From positions 456,232 through 520,231 of the forward strand of contig CAWJKZ010000024.1 in assembly GCA_963843575.1 (NCBI GenBank): a stretch of DNA of 64,000 nt, given 5' to 3'. The notes beneath the pieces are model-generated. The model was not told where the DNA came from and did not search any database. It worked only from the letters and a program-made list of their open reading frames with translations. The first letter of the stretch is position 1. Each line of letters opens with the position of its first letter. The translations under genes and the position numbers were made by a program. Positions 32,372-43,146 of this stretch are shown piece after piece. The stretch comes from an uncultured Acidobacteriota bacterium. Lineage in GTDB: Bacteria; Acidobacteriota; UBA6911.

Positions 32372-33076
32372 ATGAGCGTGGTTACCCTGAGCATCGACGG
32401 GAGAACCGTCCAGGCCAGTCCCGGGCAGACGATTCTCAAGGCGGCGGAGGCCGCGGGCATCTACATCCCGAGGCTCTGCGCCTACAAGGACCTCACGCCG
32501 CACGGGAGCTGCCGGGTCTGTTCCGTGAGGGTCAACGGGCGTATCCAGGCCGCCTGCGTGCAGACCGTCTCCGAAGGGGCCATCGTCGAGAACGAGACGC
32601 CGGAGATGCAGGAGTTCCGCCGCAACATCATCGACCTCCTCTTCGTCGAGGGGAATCACTACTGCATGTTCTGCGAGAAGAGCGGGCTGTGCGAGCTCCA
32701 GGCGCTGGCCTACCGTTTCGGCATCACCGCACCCAAGTACCCCTACATGTACTCCAGGCGGGACATCGACATGTCGCACCCGGACGTCTACCTGGACCAC
32801 AACCGCTGCATCCTGTGCGGGCGCTGCGTCCGCGTCTCGCAGGACCTGGACCACAAGAACGTCTTCCAGTTCGTCGGCCGGGGTTTCAGCAAGCGGCTTC
32901 AGGTCAACGGCGAGGCGCTGGCCGCCACCGACCTGAAGGTGACCGATGAGGTGGTCGCCGCCTGCCCCGTGGGCGCCCTCATGAAGAAGCGGGTGGGCTA
33001 CGCGGTGCCGGTCGGGGAGCGTCCCTTCGATCACGAGCCCATCGGCGCGGACATCGAAGCCGCGGGAGGGAAATAG
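32372..33076 (+). CDS. hoxU: Diaphorase small subunit (2Fe-2S/4Fe-4S)
   Basis: IPRLC..GSCRVC, HYCMFCEKSGLCELQ, RCILCGRC and CPVGAL. Confidence 0.92.
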   Translation: MSVVTLSIDGRTVQASPGQTILKAAEAAGIYIPRLCAYKDLTPHGSCRVCSVRVNGRIQAACVQTVSEGAIVENETPEMQEFRRNIIDLLFVEGNHYCMFCEKSGLCELQALAYRFGITAPKYPYMYSRRDIDMSHPDVYLDHNRCILCGRCVRVSQDLDHKNVFQFVGRGFSKRLQVNGEALAATDLKVTDEVVAACPVGALMKKRVGYAVPVGERPFDHEPIGADIEAAGGK

Positions 33077-33077
33077 C

Positions 33078-33626
33078 ATGACGACGAAGCCTCGCATCGC
33101 GACGGTCAGCCTGGCCGGGTGTTTCGGCTGCCACATGTCGATCCTGGACATCGACGAGCGCATTCTGAAGCTGGCCGAACTGGTGGAGTTCGACCGCTCG
33201 CCCATCAACGACTACAAGGACTTCATGGGCCGCTGCTCGGTCGGCATCGTCGAAGGGGGATGCTGCAACGAGGAGAACGTCCACGTGCTCGAGCAGTTCC
33301 GCAAGAACTGCGACGTGCTCGTTTCGCTGGGGGACTGCGCCATCAACGGCGGGGTGCCCGCGCTGCGCAACAACATCCCGCTGCGGGAGTGCCTCGAAGT
33401 GGCCTACCTCCGCGCGCCCGGGGTCTACAACCCCGGGGGCATCCTGCCGAACGACCCGGAGATCCCCCTGCTGCTGCACCGGGTCTACCCGTGCCACGAA
33501 GTCGTCAAGATCGACTACTTCATCCCGGGCTGCCCGCCCCCCGCGGACGCAATATGGGACGCGCTGGTGGCGCTGCTGACGGGCCAGCCCGTCGTGACCG
33601 CGTATGAAAGCCTGAAGTACGATTGA
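33078..33626 (+). CDS. hoxY: [NiFe]-hydrogenase small subunit
   Basis: [16 protein letters not shown] and PGCPP; short single-cluster form. Confidence 0.92.
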   Translation: MTTKPRIATVSLAGCFGCHMSILDIDERILKLAELVEFDRSPINDYKDFMGRCSVGIVEGGCCNEENVHVLEQFRKNCDVLVSLGDCAINGGVPALRNNIPLRECLEVAYLRAPGVYNPGGILPNDPEIPLLLHRVYPCHEVVKIDYFIPGCPPPADAIWDALVALLTGQPVVTAYESLKYD

Positions 33627-33639
33627 GGAGCAGATCCGC

Positions 33640-35125
33640 ATGATGCCGGCCAAGACCAAGACGCACGAAATACACGATCCTCCCGGTGACCCGAGTCGAA
33701 GGGCACGGGAAGGTGACCATCCACATGAACGATGCGCGCGAAGTCGAGCAGGTCCGGCTGCACATCGTGGAGTTCCGCGGCTTCGAGCGCTTCATTCTGG
33801 GGCGGCCCTACTGGGAGGTCCCGGTCATCGTGCAGCGCCTGTGCGGCATCTGCCCGGTCAGCCATCACCTGGCCGCGGCCAAGGCGATGGACCGCATCGT
33901 GGGGGGCGAGCAGCTGACCCCCACGGCGGAAAAGATGCGCCGCCTGATGCACTACGGCCAGATGTTTCAGAGCCACGCGCTGCATTTCTTCCACCTCGCC
34001 AGCCCGGATTTCCTGTTCGGCACCGACGGAACGGCTTCGAGCGCGTTCAGCGCCCCCGTCGCACAGCGCAACGTCCTGGCCGTCGCGGCCAAATACCCGC
34101 AGCTCGCGGTCCAGGGCGTGATGATGCGCCGTTACGGCCAGGAGGTCATCAAGGCCACCGCGGGGAAGAAGATACACGGAACCGGCGCCGTTCCCGGGGG
34201 CGTCAACAAGAACCTGTCCGTGGCCGAGCGCGACGCCCTGTTGAAGGATGCGGACCAGATGCTGGTCTGGGCGCGGAGCGCCGTGGCCATAGCCCGCGAT
34301 TTCACCACCGAGCACCTCGTGGAACTCATTCCCTTCGGCTCCTTCGACTCCAACCACCTGTCGCTCGTGCGCGAAACGGATGGAGCGCTCGACCTCTACC
34401 ACGGCGTCCTGCGCGCGGTCGACAGGAAGGGCGCAGGATCGTGGACGACGTCGACTACCAGCGCTACCTCGAGGTGGTGGCCGAGGAAGTGCGCCCCTGG
34501 TCCTACATGAAATTCCCCTTCCTCCGTGAGCTCGGCCCGGAGCAGGGGTGGTACCGCGTCGGGCCGCTGGCGCGGCTCAACACCTGCACCTTCATCGACA
34601 CCCCCGAAGCCGCAGGCGGCGCTCGTCCAGTTCAGGGGGCTGACCCGGGGGCAAGCCCAACAACGTCACCATGTGCTACCACTGGGCGCGCATGATCGAG
34701 CTGCTGCACTCAATCGAGGTCATCCGCGCCCTGCTGCACGACCCCGACCTGCAGGGGAAGGAGCTGCTTGTCCTCCGGCCCGCGGCGCGAGGAGGCGGTC
34801 GGGCTCGATCGAGGCGCCGCGCGGCACGCTCTTCCACCATTACCGGGTGGGGCGCAACGACGAGGTGACGCTCTGCAACCTGATCGTTTCGACCACCAAC
34901 AACAACGAGCCGATGAACCGCGCCGTCACCCGCGTCGCGCAGGACCACTTCACCGGCCGGGACGAGATCACCGAAGGCCTGCTGAACCACATCGAGGTGG
35001 CGATCCGGGCCTACGACCCTTGCCTGTCCTGCGCGACCCACGCCGTCGGAGGCATGCCCCTGGTCGTCGAGCTGTACGACGCCCGGGGCAATGTCCTCGG
35101 CCGGCGCGCGCGGGAAACCGTCTAG
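33640..35125 (+). CDS. hoxH: [NiFe]-hydrogenase large subunit, group 3d (frameshifted)
   Basis: TRVEGH; L1 motif [10 protein letters not shown]; EAPRGTL; L2 motif DPCLSCATH followed by a C-terminal extension. Confidence 0.92.
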
Positions 35126-35130
35126 CGCCT

Positions 35131-35586
35131 ATGCCCGAGAAGCGGATACTCGTCATCGGGTACGGCAACCCCGGCCGGTGCGACGACGGCCTCGGCCCGG
35201 CGCTTGCCTCGCGCGTCGAAGCCCTGCGGATCCCGGGCCTCACCGTAGACTCGGACTATCAGCTCACCATCGACCACGCTGCGCTTGCGGCGGAGCACGA
35301 CGTCGTCGTCTTCGTCGACGCCGCGACCGATGCGGAATCGGACTTCTATTTCCGCAGGGTGAGCCCCGCCGAGTCGTGCGCGTTCACCAGCCACAGCGTC
35401 ACCCCCGAAGAAGTCCTTTATCTCGCGCGCACCTGCTTCAGCGCGTCGCCCGATGCCTACCTCCTAGGGATTCGCGCCGACGTGCTCGACCGGTTTCAGG
35501 AAGGATTGACGCCGGCGGCGCAGGCGAGACTCGAGAACGCGCTCCGGCACCTCGAGCAGTTCATCGCGGATACTCTGCGAGTTTAA
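35131..35586 (+). CDS. hoxW: Hydrogenase maturation endopeptidase
   Basis: VIGYGNPGRCDDGLG, VVFVDA and SH motif; directly after hoxH. Confidence 0.85.
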   Translation: MPEKRILVIGYGNPGRCDDGLGPALASRVEALRIPGLTVDSDYQLTIDHAALAAEHDVVVFVDAATDAESDFYFRRVSPAESCAFTSHSVTPEEVLYLARTCFSASPDAYLLGIRADVLDRFQEGLTPAAQARLENALRHLEQFIADTLRV

Positions 35587-35620
35587 GGGTCAGGCGCCAA
35601 AGCTCAAAGTCGCTCAATCT

Positions 35621-35672
35621 CTCGTGTCTTCCGGCTTTTCTCCGTGGCTTCCGTGACAATTTGTTTTTGTCT
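35621..35672 (-). repeat. ~52-bp repeat, copy B
   Basis: Reverse complement reads AGACAAAAACAAATTGTCACGGAAGCCACGGAGAAAAGCCGGAAGACACGAG. Confidence 0.8.
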
Positions 35673-35674
35673 GA

Positions 35675-37508
35675 TCAAGCGAGGGGAAGGCGGACGCTGA
35701 AGCGGGTTCCCTTGCCGGGGGTGCTCGCGACCGAGATGGTCCCGCCGAGCCTCTCGACGACGTGTCGGACGATGGACAGGCCGAGCCCTGTTCCCATCTC
35801 CCCGGTGGCCTTGGCCGCGGCGGTCCGGTAGAAGCCTTTGAACACCCGCTCCATTTCCTTTTCCTCGATGCCGATGCCGCTGTCGACGACCCAGGCGTCC
35901 AGCCAGCCGTCGCTCCGGCAGGCTCCGAAGATCACCCTGCCCGAGCGAGTGTATTTCACGGCGTTGCTGAGGAGGTTGGAGAACACCCGTTCCAGGTCGG
36001 CGGGATCGGCCTGTACCCTGCAGTCGCCGGCGTTGACTTCCTCGACGAACACCAGCCCCTTGGAGGCGGCCTGCTCCCGTGCGGTCTCGATGACCCTCTT
36101 CAAGGACTCATCCAGTCGAATGGGCATAAGGGAGGCGCTGTCGTCGATGCGCTGCGCGGCGGCGAGGTCGAGGAGGTCCCGGATCGTGTCGAACGAGTCC
36201 TGGATGCGCCTGCGCGCGCGCGTCACGAGCTCCTGCTGGAGGTCGCTCAGGGGGCCCGCGAAGGGGAGCGCCTCCACGGCGCCCTGTGCGGCCGCCAGCG
36301 GAGACCGCAGCTGGTGGTGCGTCGTGCGGGCGAAATAGACGCGCTCCTGGTCGAGCGCCTGCAGCTCGCTGTAGCTGTTGGCGTTCTGGATTGCGACCGC
36401 GCCGAGATTCGCCAGGTTCATGAGCAGATTCTGCTCCTGGTCGCTGAACACGTGACGGCTCCGCGGTATAGATCCGTATCACCCCCAGGGTCCGGTTCTT
36501 CGCCCTCATCGGGCAGGAGAGCATCGAACGCAACCCTTCGCGCCGCGCCTCCTCGCGGTACTGGAAACGCCGGTCGTCCCCGACCTCCAGCACCTGGATC
36601 GCGCCCCCGCGCAGGGCCTCGGAATCCACCAGGCTCTTCTCGACGTCGACCGGCCCCTTGTCGAGGTAGGCCTGGCTGAGCCCGTAGGAGCCGCCGATGT
36701 AGAGCTTCTTCCCGGTCCGGTCGAACAGCCTGATGAAGCTCGCCTTCCCCTTCAGCAGGCGGGTGGCGTTTTCCGCGATGAGGGTCAAGACCTCCTTGAC
36801 GTTCAGGGTGGAGTTCACCAGCTGGCCCAGTTCATAAAGCGACTGCATCTCGTGGTACGCGCGGTCCAGCGCACGCTCCGAGCTGGACAGCGCGGCCTCT
36901 TTCTGCCGCAGGCGGGCGGTGATCGACGTGGCGAGGTAGGCCGTGACCATGAAAAAGAGCGCCAGGCCGCACCAGATCCGCAGCGCGTCGGCCGGGGCGA
37001 GGTCGGTGCCCCAGGGGAGGGACTGGTAGAGCTGCAGGGGGCGGGACGTGGCCAGCAGCGCGATCAACCCCAGGAGCAGCCCGGCGACGGCCGCGAGCAC
37101 GTAGCAGGCGCGGCGCGACAGGAGGATCGCGCCGATGATCAGATGAAAGACGAAACTGAGGCTGACGGGGCTCCCGATGCCACCCGTCAGATAGACGGTG
37201 CAGGTCAGTGCCGCCCAGTCCAGGCCGATCTGCAGGTGCGTGGTCCGGCGCAACAGGCCGGGCGTGGACGTGACCCGCCGGCGGCACAGATGGAGCACCA
37301 GGTTGTAAGCGAGTACGGAAACGGCGACAAGAGCGAGCGGGCGGAACGGCAGCGCGATGCCCAGCAGCGGGCGGCCGAGCGCGGCGCCGGCGAGGATGGC
37401 CGTCCCCGCCGCCCAGCGCAGCCGGATGAACCAGCCCAGCCGCTCCTGCAGTTCCTTGTCGAGTGGGAGGAGAATGGATTCCCCGGTCACCAGAGGCATG
37501 ATCCGCAC
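35675..37508 (-). CDS. Membrane sensor histidine kinase (multi-TM, GAF, HisKA, HATPase; one frameshift)
   Basis: Several TM segments; GAF domain SMLSCPM..TLGVIRIY; HHQLRSPL, NLLSNAVKY, DSGIG and GTGLGL boxes. Confidence 0.88.
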
Positions 37509-37740
37509 ACCCCCGTCATACCCCGCTCCCGTCTCGCGCTCTTCCGGCGCGTCGACGTCTACGGGAGCGAACCTGGCACGGAACCCTCCGTGGGTCTTCG
37601 AGATGCCGCGGGCTCCGGGAGCGAGCTGACTTCCGGCACTCACCTCCGGAACCCGAAGACCTCGCAGAACCGCCTAGTCTGGCTGCGGCCCCGGCCGGGC
37701 CGCGCCGATCCGGCGTCTGAAGCTCGGCGGCAGCCCCGGC

Positions 37741-38133
37741 TCAGGAGCCCGGGCGGCGGCCCTCGAGTTTCTTCTGCAAAAGAGACAGCAGGGTGTTCGG
37801 GCTGAGCGGCTTCTGGAACACGCCGGCCAGCCCCATCGCGCTGACGTCGGCCACGGAATGAAGATAATCGCCGGTGGAACTGAGCATGTAGACCGGCACG
37901 GTCGAGTCGAGCGCCCGTATTTCGCCGAGCAGCCTGGTCCCTGCGTCGATCTCTTCCATCATGAGATCCAGGATCACGATGTCCGGCTTGGTCTCCTTGA
38001 ACGTCTTGAGACCTTCCCTGGCGTCGGCGGCCGTCGCGACGTTGTAGCCTCCGGATTCGAGCACTATCTTCAGCGAAAACAGGACGTCAGGATCGTCGTC
38101 GATGCAGAGGATTGTATGTTTCCGGTCCTGCAT
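37741..38133 (-). CDS. Single-domain response regulator
   Basis: ILCIDDD, PDIVILDLMM, MLSS and QKP receiver motifs. Confidence 0.88.
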   Translation of the reverse strand: MQDRKHTILCIDDDPDVLFSLKIVLESGGYNVATAADAREGLKTFKETKPDIVILDLMMEEIDAGTRLLGEIRALDSTVPVYMLSSTGDYLHSVADVSAMGLAGVFQKPLSPNTLLSLLQKKLEGRRPGS

Positions 38134-38368
38134 TATCAAACTCCGTCGTATCGGAATGGGCGGGTCCGCCGCGGCGGCGGAAACCGGCCGGGCGCGCATG
38201 TTCATCTTGCGCCCAAGGATCGGCCCCCCGGGTAAAGCATGCGCGGCGCGGGCCGGGAGCCATCATAACATCGTTCCGGTCGCGTTCTTCGAGTAGTTCG
38301 AGCTCCAGGAGACGGGCCGGGGGGAGATCTCGAAGATACGGACGGTTCGAAGCACCTCGACCGGGGGC

Positions 38369-41176
38369 TCACTTGCAGCATTTCAGCCGGCCCTGGCTGC
38401 GGACCCACTCCTGGAGGATGTAGTTCAGCGCGTTAGCGTCCGCTACGTCCGCCTCGTCCATGTCGAGCGTGCTCGTCAGGCGGGCCAGCCGCCGCAACGC
38501 GGGGTTCTCCCGGATCTTGCCCGTCGCCCCCTCGAAAATGCGACGGTTGTCGAGATTGGAGTAGTCCGCCTGATACGCCCCGTGCCATTTCGCCTCGTCC
38601 CGCTCGAGAGCCGTGAACAGCAGGGGGGCGGTGGCCGTCATGAGGTTGTTGGGCGCAAGCCCGAGCAGCGCCTCGATAGTGCGGACCGCGCTGGCCGTGG
38701 TCATGAAACGGGAATCGACCCGCGGGCTCTGCCGCGAGCCGGCGTTGTACTTCGTGATGAACAGCGCGATGCTGCGGTGGGAATCGACGTGGTCGCACCC
38801 GGCCTGGGCGTCGTCCTCGAGGACGACGATTGCCGTGTTGCTCCAGTAATACGGGTTGGCCGAAACGGCTTCGACGAGCATGCCGAGCGCCAGGTCGTTG
38901 TCGGCCACGTTGGCGTCCGGGGTCGGCCCGCCCGGGGCTACGCCCCGGGTGTGGTCCCCGCCCAGCCGGACGATGCTGAAGGCCGGGAACGTGTCTTCCC
39001 CCTTCTCGCGCCGTATCCGGGCGACTCGGTCGAAGTCTCGCTTCCACACCGTGAAGCGGAGGACATCGGGAAACAGCTGCTCGAAGTCGGGGAAGAGAGG
39101 CTGGTAGGCGTTTTTGAAGGCGGACTTGGTGGCGACGGTGCCGCCCGTTACGGTCCCCTTTTCATCCACCGTGGCGAACAGTGGAACCGGCCAGGGGTAG
39201 GGGCTCTTCTCGCCGATCCTGGGATGGACGAGATAGGAGGGGAGACGGTCGCCCTGCTTCAGGGTCCGGATCCGCTTACTGGGGTTCGAACAGAACTCCC
39301 CGTACATCCTGATGGTTCCTCCCGCTGCCAGGACGCTGTCCCAGAGGTAGCCGCCCTGCGGGGTGTCGACGTCCGACTGACCGTGCTCCAGCGGCACGAT
39401 ATCGTTGTTCCGTCCCTCCGAGTCGTAGGTGAAGTTGCTGGTCGAGTAGTTGATCTGCCACTGCTGTTCGTTCCAGCCTGTATTGATGCCTGCAGTGCTC
39501 CAGGTGTGGCCGTTGAAGCTCACCTCGGCGCTGTCGAAGAAGTTGTCGTAGATGCCGAACTCCCGCGCGAGCCTGTGGTGGTTGGGCGTGAACTCCTCCC
39601 CGAAGTAGAGGCAGGTCTCGTCCGCCCGCGTCCCCTCGAGGTCGCCGAAGACCTGGTCGTAGGTGCGGTTCTCCTTGATGACGTAGATGACGTGTTTGAT
39701 CGGGTTGAACGCCAGCGAGCTCCGGGAGGCGCCCAGGGATTCGGGGTCCAGCTGCGCGTTGCGCTTCACCGCTGCCGTGTAGCGGTCGAGGCCGGCCAGG
39801 GCCTGGTCGAACGGGATCTGGTGCAGCGACCCTTTCAGGAGCGTCGGGCCGTACGGACCGGGGCGCATCCCGGGCGGAAACGGGCGGTTCGGGCGGTTCG
39901 GGCCGGTTCCTCTCCCCTTGCCGCTCGTGATGTACAGGGTCCTGCCGTCGTCGCTGACCTCGGTCGTGTGCGGGTACCAGAGCGTCGGCAGGTAGCCGAG
40001 GACCTCGTGCGCCGCGCCGCCGCCCGCCGGCCGGTCGACCCGCACCACCGCGACCGTATTCAGCAGGCCGAGGGAGACAATCAGGTGCTTTCCGTCGGGC
40101 GTGAAGGTCAGGTGGTTCGGTCCCGCACCCAGGATCTTCATCTCCCGCATCTCCGCCGGCCGCACGTCCAGCTCGTCGACGACCTGGCGGTATCGCTTCG
40201 ACGAGGGGTCGTTGTCGATCACGGCCACCAGGTCGCTGTTCTCAACCGCGACATACACCACACGGCCCGACGGGTGCACGGCCAGGTGGCTCGGGTGGCT
40301 GCTCGGCGCCGAAGCCGCCTGCAGCTGGCGCCCGACGGGGACGAGCGATACCTTGCCGGTGGGGAGGTCGACCGCCGCGACCGCCGACCCGTTGTGGAGG
40401 CTCACGTACAGTGTGCCCCCGTGCGGGCAGAGCGCCGTCGCGTAAGGGTACTCCGCCGGCAGCGCCGGGTGACGGGGGTTGACGTGCAGGTCGAACACGC
40501 GCCTCACCGTCCGGGTGGCCGTGCTGAGCTCGACCGCGGCGTCGCTCAGGGTCAGCGCGGCGTAGATCAGGTCCTCGCCGGCGTTCTGCGGGTCCGCCGC
40601 CACCGAGATGCCGGACGGGGTGGGGGCCGGGTTGTTCAGCCGGATCCCCGGCCGGAATGCGATCCTCGACGGGGGGATCTGAATCGCCCCTGCCGGCGCC
40701 AGCCCCTCGTCCGTCACACGGTAGATGCGGATCCCGTTCTGAGTCCGGTCGCCCAGCCTGGGGTGCTTCTTGGTCGAGGCGATCGAGACGTAGAGACGGG
40801 TGCCCGCGGAGCCGAAGGCGATCCCGTAGTATGTCGTCGATATGTCGGTCGGCCCGTCGAAGTTCAGCCCCGTGCCGGGCTCGGCGGTGTCCGACAGCTG
40901 GCCGGTGACCCGGTCGTAGAGCGCGATCGACTTGCGAAACCCGGAGGACGGGTGGCCATAGCCATTGTTCAGGAACGCGACGTAGCGCCCGTTCGGGCTG
41001 ATGGCCGAGTTGATCGGGAACGCGTTCAGGTCCGCGACGAAAGTGCCCGCGGGCGGTTCGTGTAGCACCTTGCCCGACGGTAGCGCCACGGCCTGCCACG
41101 GTTCGCCCTGCGGGAGGGCCGGATTGAAGGACGCGCAGCACAGGAGACTCAGCAGGACGGTCGTCAGTATCCTCAT
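38369..41176 (-). CDS. YncE beta-propeller plus phosphoesterase/alkaline-phosphatase-superfamily protein
   Basis: Signal peptide; propeller repeats; IKHVIYVIKENRTYDQVFGD, DHT, DNDLALG and EDDAQAGCDHVDSHRS motifs. Confidence 0.85.
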   Translation of the reverse strand: MRILTTVLLSLLCCASFNPALPQGEPWQAVALPSGKVLHEPPAGTFVADLNAFPINSAISPNGRYVAFLNNGYGHPSSGFRKSIALYDRVTGQLSDTAEPGTGLNFDGPTDISTTYYGIAFGSAGTRLYVSIASTKKHPRLGDRTQNGIRIYRVTDEGLAPAGAIQIPPSRIAFRPGIRLNNPAPTPSGISVAADPQNAGEDLIYAALTLSDAAVELSTATRTVRRVFDLHVNPRHPALPAEYPYATALCPHGGTLYVSLHNGSAVAAVDLPTGKVSLVPVGRQLQAASAPSSHPSHLAVHPSGRVVYVAVENSDLVAVIDNDPSSKRYRQVVDELDVRPAEMREMKILGAGPNHLTFTPDGKHLIVSLGLLNTVAVVRVDRPAGGGAAHEVLGYLPTLWYPHTTEVSDDGRTLYITSGKGRGTGPNRPNRPFPPGMRPGPYGPTLLKGSLHQIPFDQALAGLDRYTAAVKRNAQLDPESLGASRSSLAFNPIKHVIYVIKENRTYDQVFGDLEGTRADETCLYFGEEFTPNHHRLAREFGIYDNFFDSAEVSFNGHTWSTAGINTGWNEQQWQINYSTSNFTYDSEGRNNDIVPLEHGQSDVDTPQGGYLWDSVLAAGGTIRMYGEFCSNPSKRIRTLKQGDRLPSYLVHPRIGEKSPYPWPVPLFATVDEKGTVTGGTVATKSAFKNAYQPLFPDFEQLFPDVLRFTVWKRDFDRVARIRREKGEDTFPAFSIVRLGGDHTRGVAPGGPTPDANVADNDLALGMLVEAVSANPYYWSNTAIVVLEDDAQAGCDHVDSHRSIALFITKYNAGSRQSPRVDSRFMTTASAVRTIEALLGLAPNNLMTATAPLLFTALERDEAKWHGAYQADYSNLDNRRIFEGATGKIRENPALRRLARLTSTLDMDEADVADANALNYILQEWVRSQGRLKCCK

Positions 41177-41247
41177 GGTCCGTCACAGTTATCACATCCG
41201 GGGCGGCGGAAGCAAACCCCGGGGGGAAGGCAAACCGTAAAATCCTC

Positions 41248-41276
41248 TTGACAACTGTCGTTATAACAACTACATT
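41248..41276 (+). promoter_or_regulatory. sigma70 promoter of marR with operator in the spacer; probably a leaderless transcript
   Basis: TTGACA (41248-53), 17 bp, TACATT (41271-76); ATG 6 bp downstream with no SD; spacer holds the palindrome ACTGTCGTTATAACAACT. Confidence 0.75.
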
Positions 41277-41282
41277 ACCGTC

Positions 41283-41750
41283 ATGACGCCGCGATTGAAG
41301 GAGGAGATAAAGCAGGGGAAGCCGTTCGGGAGTCTCGAGGAGGAGGTCTTCCTGAACCTCCAGCGCACCGCGGACGCGGCGCTGCGGGTGTTCGAAGAGC
41401 TGCTGAAGCCTTTAGGCCTGACCCCCACCCAGTACAACGTTCTCAGGATCCTGAGGGGCGCCGGTGCGCGAGGCCTGCTCTGCCGCGAGATCGGCGAGCG
41501 GATGATCACGCGCGACCCGGACGTGACTCGGCTCCTGGACCGGCTCGAGGGGCGCGGCCTCGTCGCCCGGACCCGGGACCTCCGGGACCGGCGCGTGATC
41601 CTGACGCGGATCACCCCCGAAGGGCTGCGGCTCCTCGGGGAACTCGACGCGCCCGTCGCCGAGCTGCACCGGCGGAGGCTGGCCCACCTCCCTCGCGGCC
41701 GCGTGAGGAAGCTGATCGAGCTGCTCGAGTCCGCGCGCGCAGGCGGCTGA
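41283..41750 (+). CDS. MarR-family transcriptional regulator
   Basis: LTPTQYNVLRIL, PDVTRLLDRLE.RGLV.R and DRR..ITPEG. Confidence 0.92.
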   Translation: MTPRLKEEIKQGKPFGSLEEEVFLNLQRTADAALRVFEELLKPLGLTPTQYNVLRILRGAGARGLLCREIGERMITRDPDVTRLLDRLEGRGLVARTRDLRDRRVILTRITPEGLRLLGELDAPVAELHRRRLAHLPRGRVRKLIELLESARAGG

Positions 41751-41766
41751 TTTTTTCCGGTATTAT

Positions 41767-41784
41767 AGTTGTTTAAACGACAGT
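41767..41784. promoter_or_regulatory. Second putative MarR operator, upstream of yceI
   Basis: Reverse complement ACTGTCGTTTAAACAACT is 16/18 identical to 41254-41271. Confidence 0.7.
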
Positions 41785-41815
41785 CGTAAAAAGAACAATT
41801 AAAGGAGAATGAAAA

Positions 41816-42397
41816 ATGAAGGCAATGGACAAGCTCGACGCCGCCGAGGGCGGCACCGGCACACCCGTCGTCTGGCAGCTCGACGGTTCCCACTCCGGCG
41901 CGCACTTTTCGGTGCGGCACATGATGGTTTCGAACGTGCGCGGCGAGTTCGGCAAGCTGGCGGGCAAGGTCGCGGTGGACCCGCGGAACCCGCGGCTCAC
42001 GACGGTTGAGGCGGACGTCGATGCCTCGAGCATCCAGACGCGGGAGCCGGCCCGGGATGAGCACCTGCGCAGCGCGGACTTCTTCGATGTCGCGCGCTAT
42101 CCTTCGATCACGTTCCGGTCCACGGCTGTCGAGGAGGTGCCCGGGGAAGGCTACCGCGTGACGGGCGATCTCACGATCCGCGCCGTGACCCGCGCCGTGG
42201 TGCTGAACGTGGAACCGCTCAGCCCCGAGACGAAGGACCCGTACGGCAACCTGCGGGTGGGGACCTCGGCGACCGCCAGGATCCGCCGCAGCGACTTCGG
42301 CCTGACCTGGAACGCGCTGCTCGAGAGCGGCGGCGTCGTCGTGGGGGACGAGGTGAAGATCACCCTCGACGTCGAGCTTTTCCGGAAAGCGGCCTGA
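41816..42397 (+). CDS. yceI: YceI family protein
   Basis: [30 protein letters not shown] and RSDFGL. Confidence 0.9.
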   Translation: MKAMDKLDAAEGGTGTPVVWQLDGSHSGAHFSVRHMMVSNVRGEFGKLAGKVAVDPRNPRLTTVEADVDASSIQTREPARDEHLRSADFFDVARYPSITFRSTAVEEVPGEGYRVTGDLTIRAVTRAVVLNVEPLSPETKDPYGNLRVGTSATARIRRSDFGLTWNALLESGGVVVGDEVKITLDVELFRKAA

Positions 42398-42411
42398 GGG
42401 CGGAGGCACCC

Positions 42412-43115
42412 GTGATCAAACTGCGCAAGGCGGAGCAACGGGGGCATTTCGACCACGGCTGGCTCGACACGCGCCACACGTTCTCGTTTGCCGACTACTA
42501 CGACCCGGAACAGATGGGGTTCGGCCACCTCCGGGTCATCAACCAGGACAGGGTCCAGCCGGGCCGCGGTTTTGGCACCCATGGTCACCGCGACATGGAG
42601 ATCCTCTCCTACGTGCTCGAAGGAGCCCTCGAACACAAGGACAGCATGGGCAACGGCTCCGTGATCCGTCCGGGGGACGTCCAGCGCATGACCGCGGGGA
42701 CCGGCGTGATGCACAGCGAGTTCAACCCGTCGCGGGACCACGCCGTCCACTTCCTGCAAATCTGGATCGTCCCGGAGCGCAAGGGGCTGGCCCCGGGATA
42801 CGAGCAGAAGCGCTTCGAACCTGAGGAAAAGGCCGGGCGGTTGCGCCTGATCGCCTCCAGGGACGGGGCCGGGGGCTCGGTCACGATCCACCAGGACGCA
42901 CGGGTGTTCGCCGCGGTGCTCGGGGGGCGGAAGCGCAGGAAGTCGTCTACTCTCCCCCCGCGGGGAGGCGCACCTGGCTGCAGGTGGCGCGCGGGGCGCC
43001 CCGCGTCAACGGGATCGAGATGAAGGAGGGGGACGGCGCGGCCGTCCAGGGAGAAACCGCTCTCCGGTGCTCGGCCACGGCGCCGGCCGAAATCCTCGTC
43101 TTCGACCTGAGTTGA
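42412..43115 (+). CDS. Pirin family protein, YhhW-like (frameshifted near the end)
   Basis: [34 protein letters not shown] and LQIWI; ends ILVFDLS*. Confidence 0.9.
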
Positions 43116-43146
43116 AGCGCGCGGGGCGGTCCCCCAAAGGCCCGGG

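Noticed and set aside
30538-35125. Programmed frameshifting or selenocysteine in hox genes
   Set aside because: The shifts are numerous, lack slippery heptamers and also occur in unrelated genes; the L2 motif has ordinary Cys codons.
38582-41065. Long plus-strand ORFs such as 38582-41065, 20143-22287 and 47429-49498
   Set aside because: They are antisense shadows of genuine minus-strand genes, common in high-GC DNA, and carry no family motifs.
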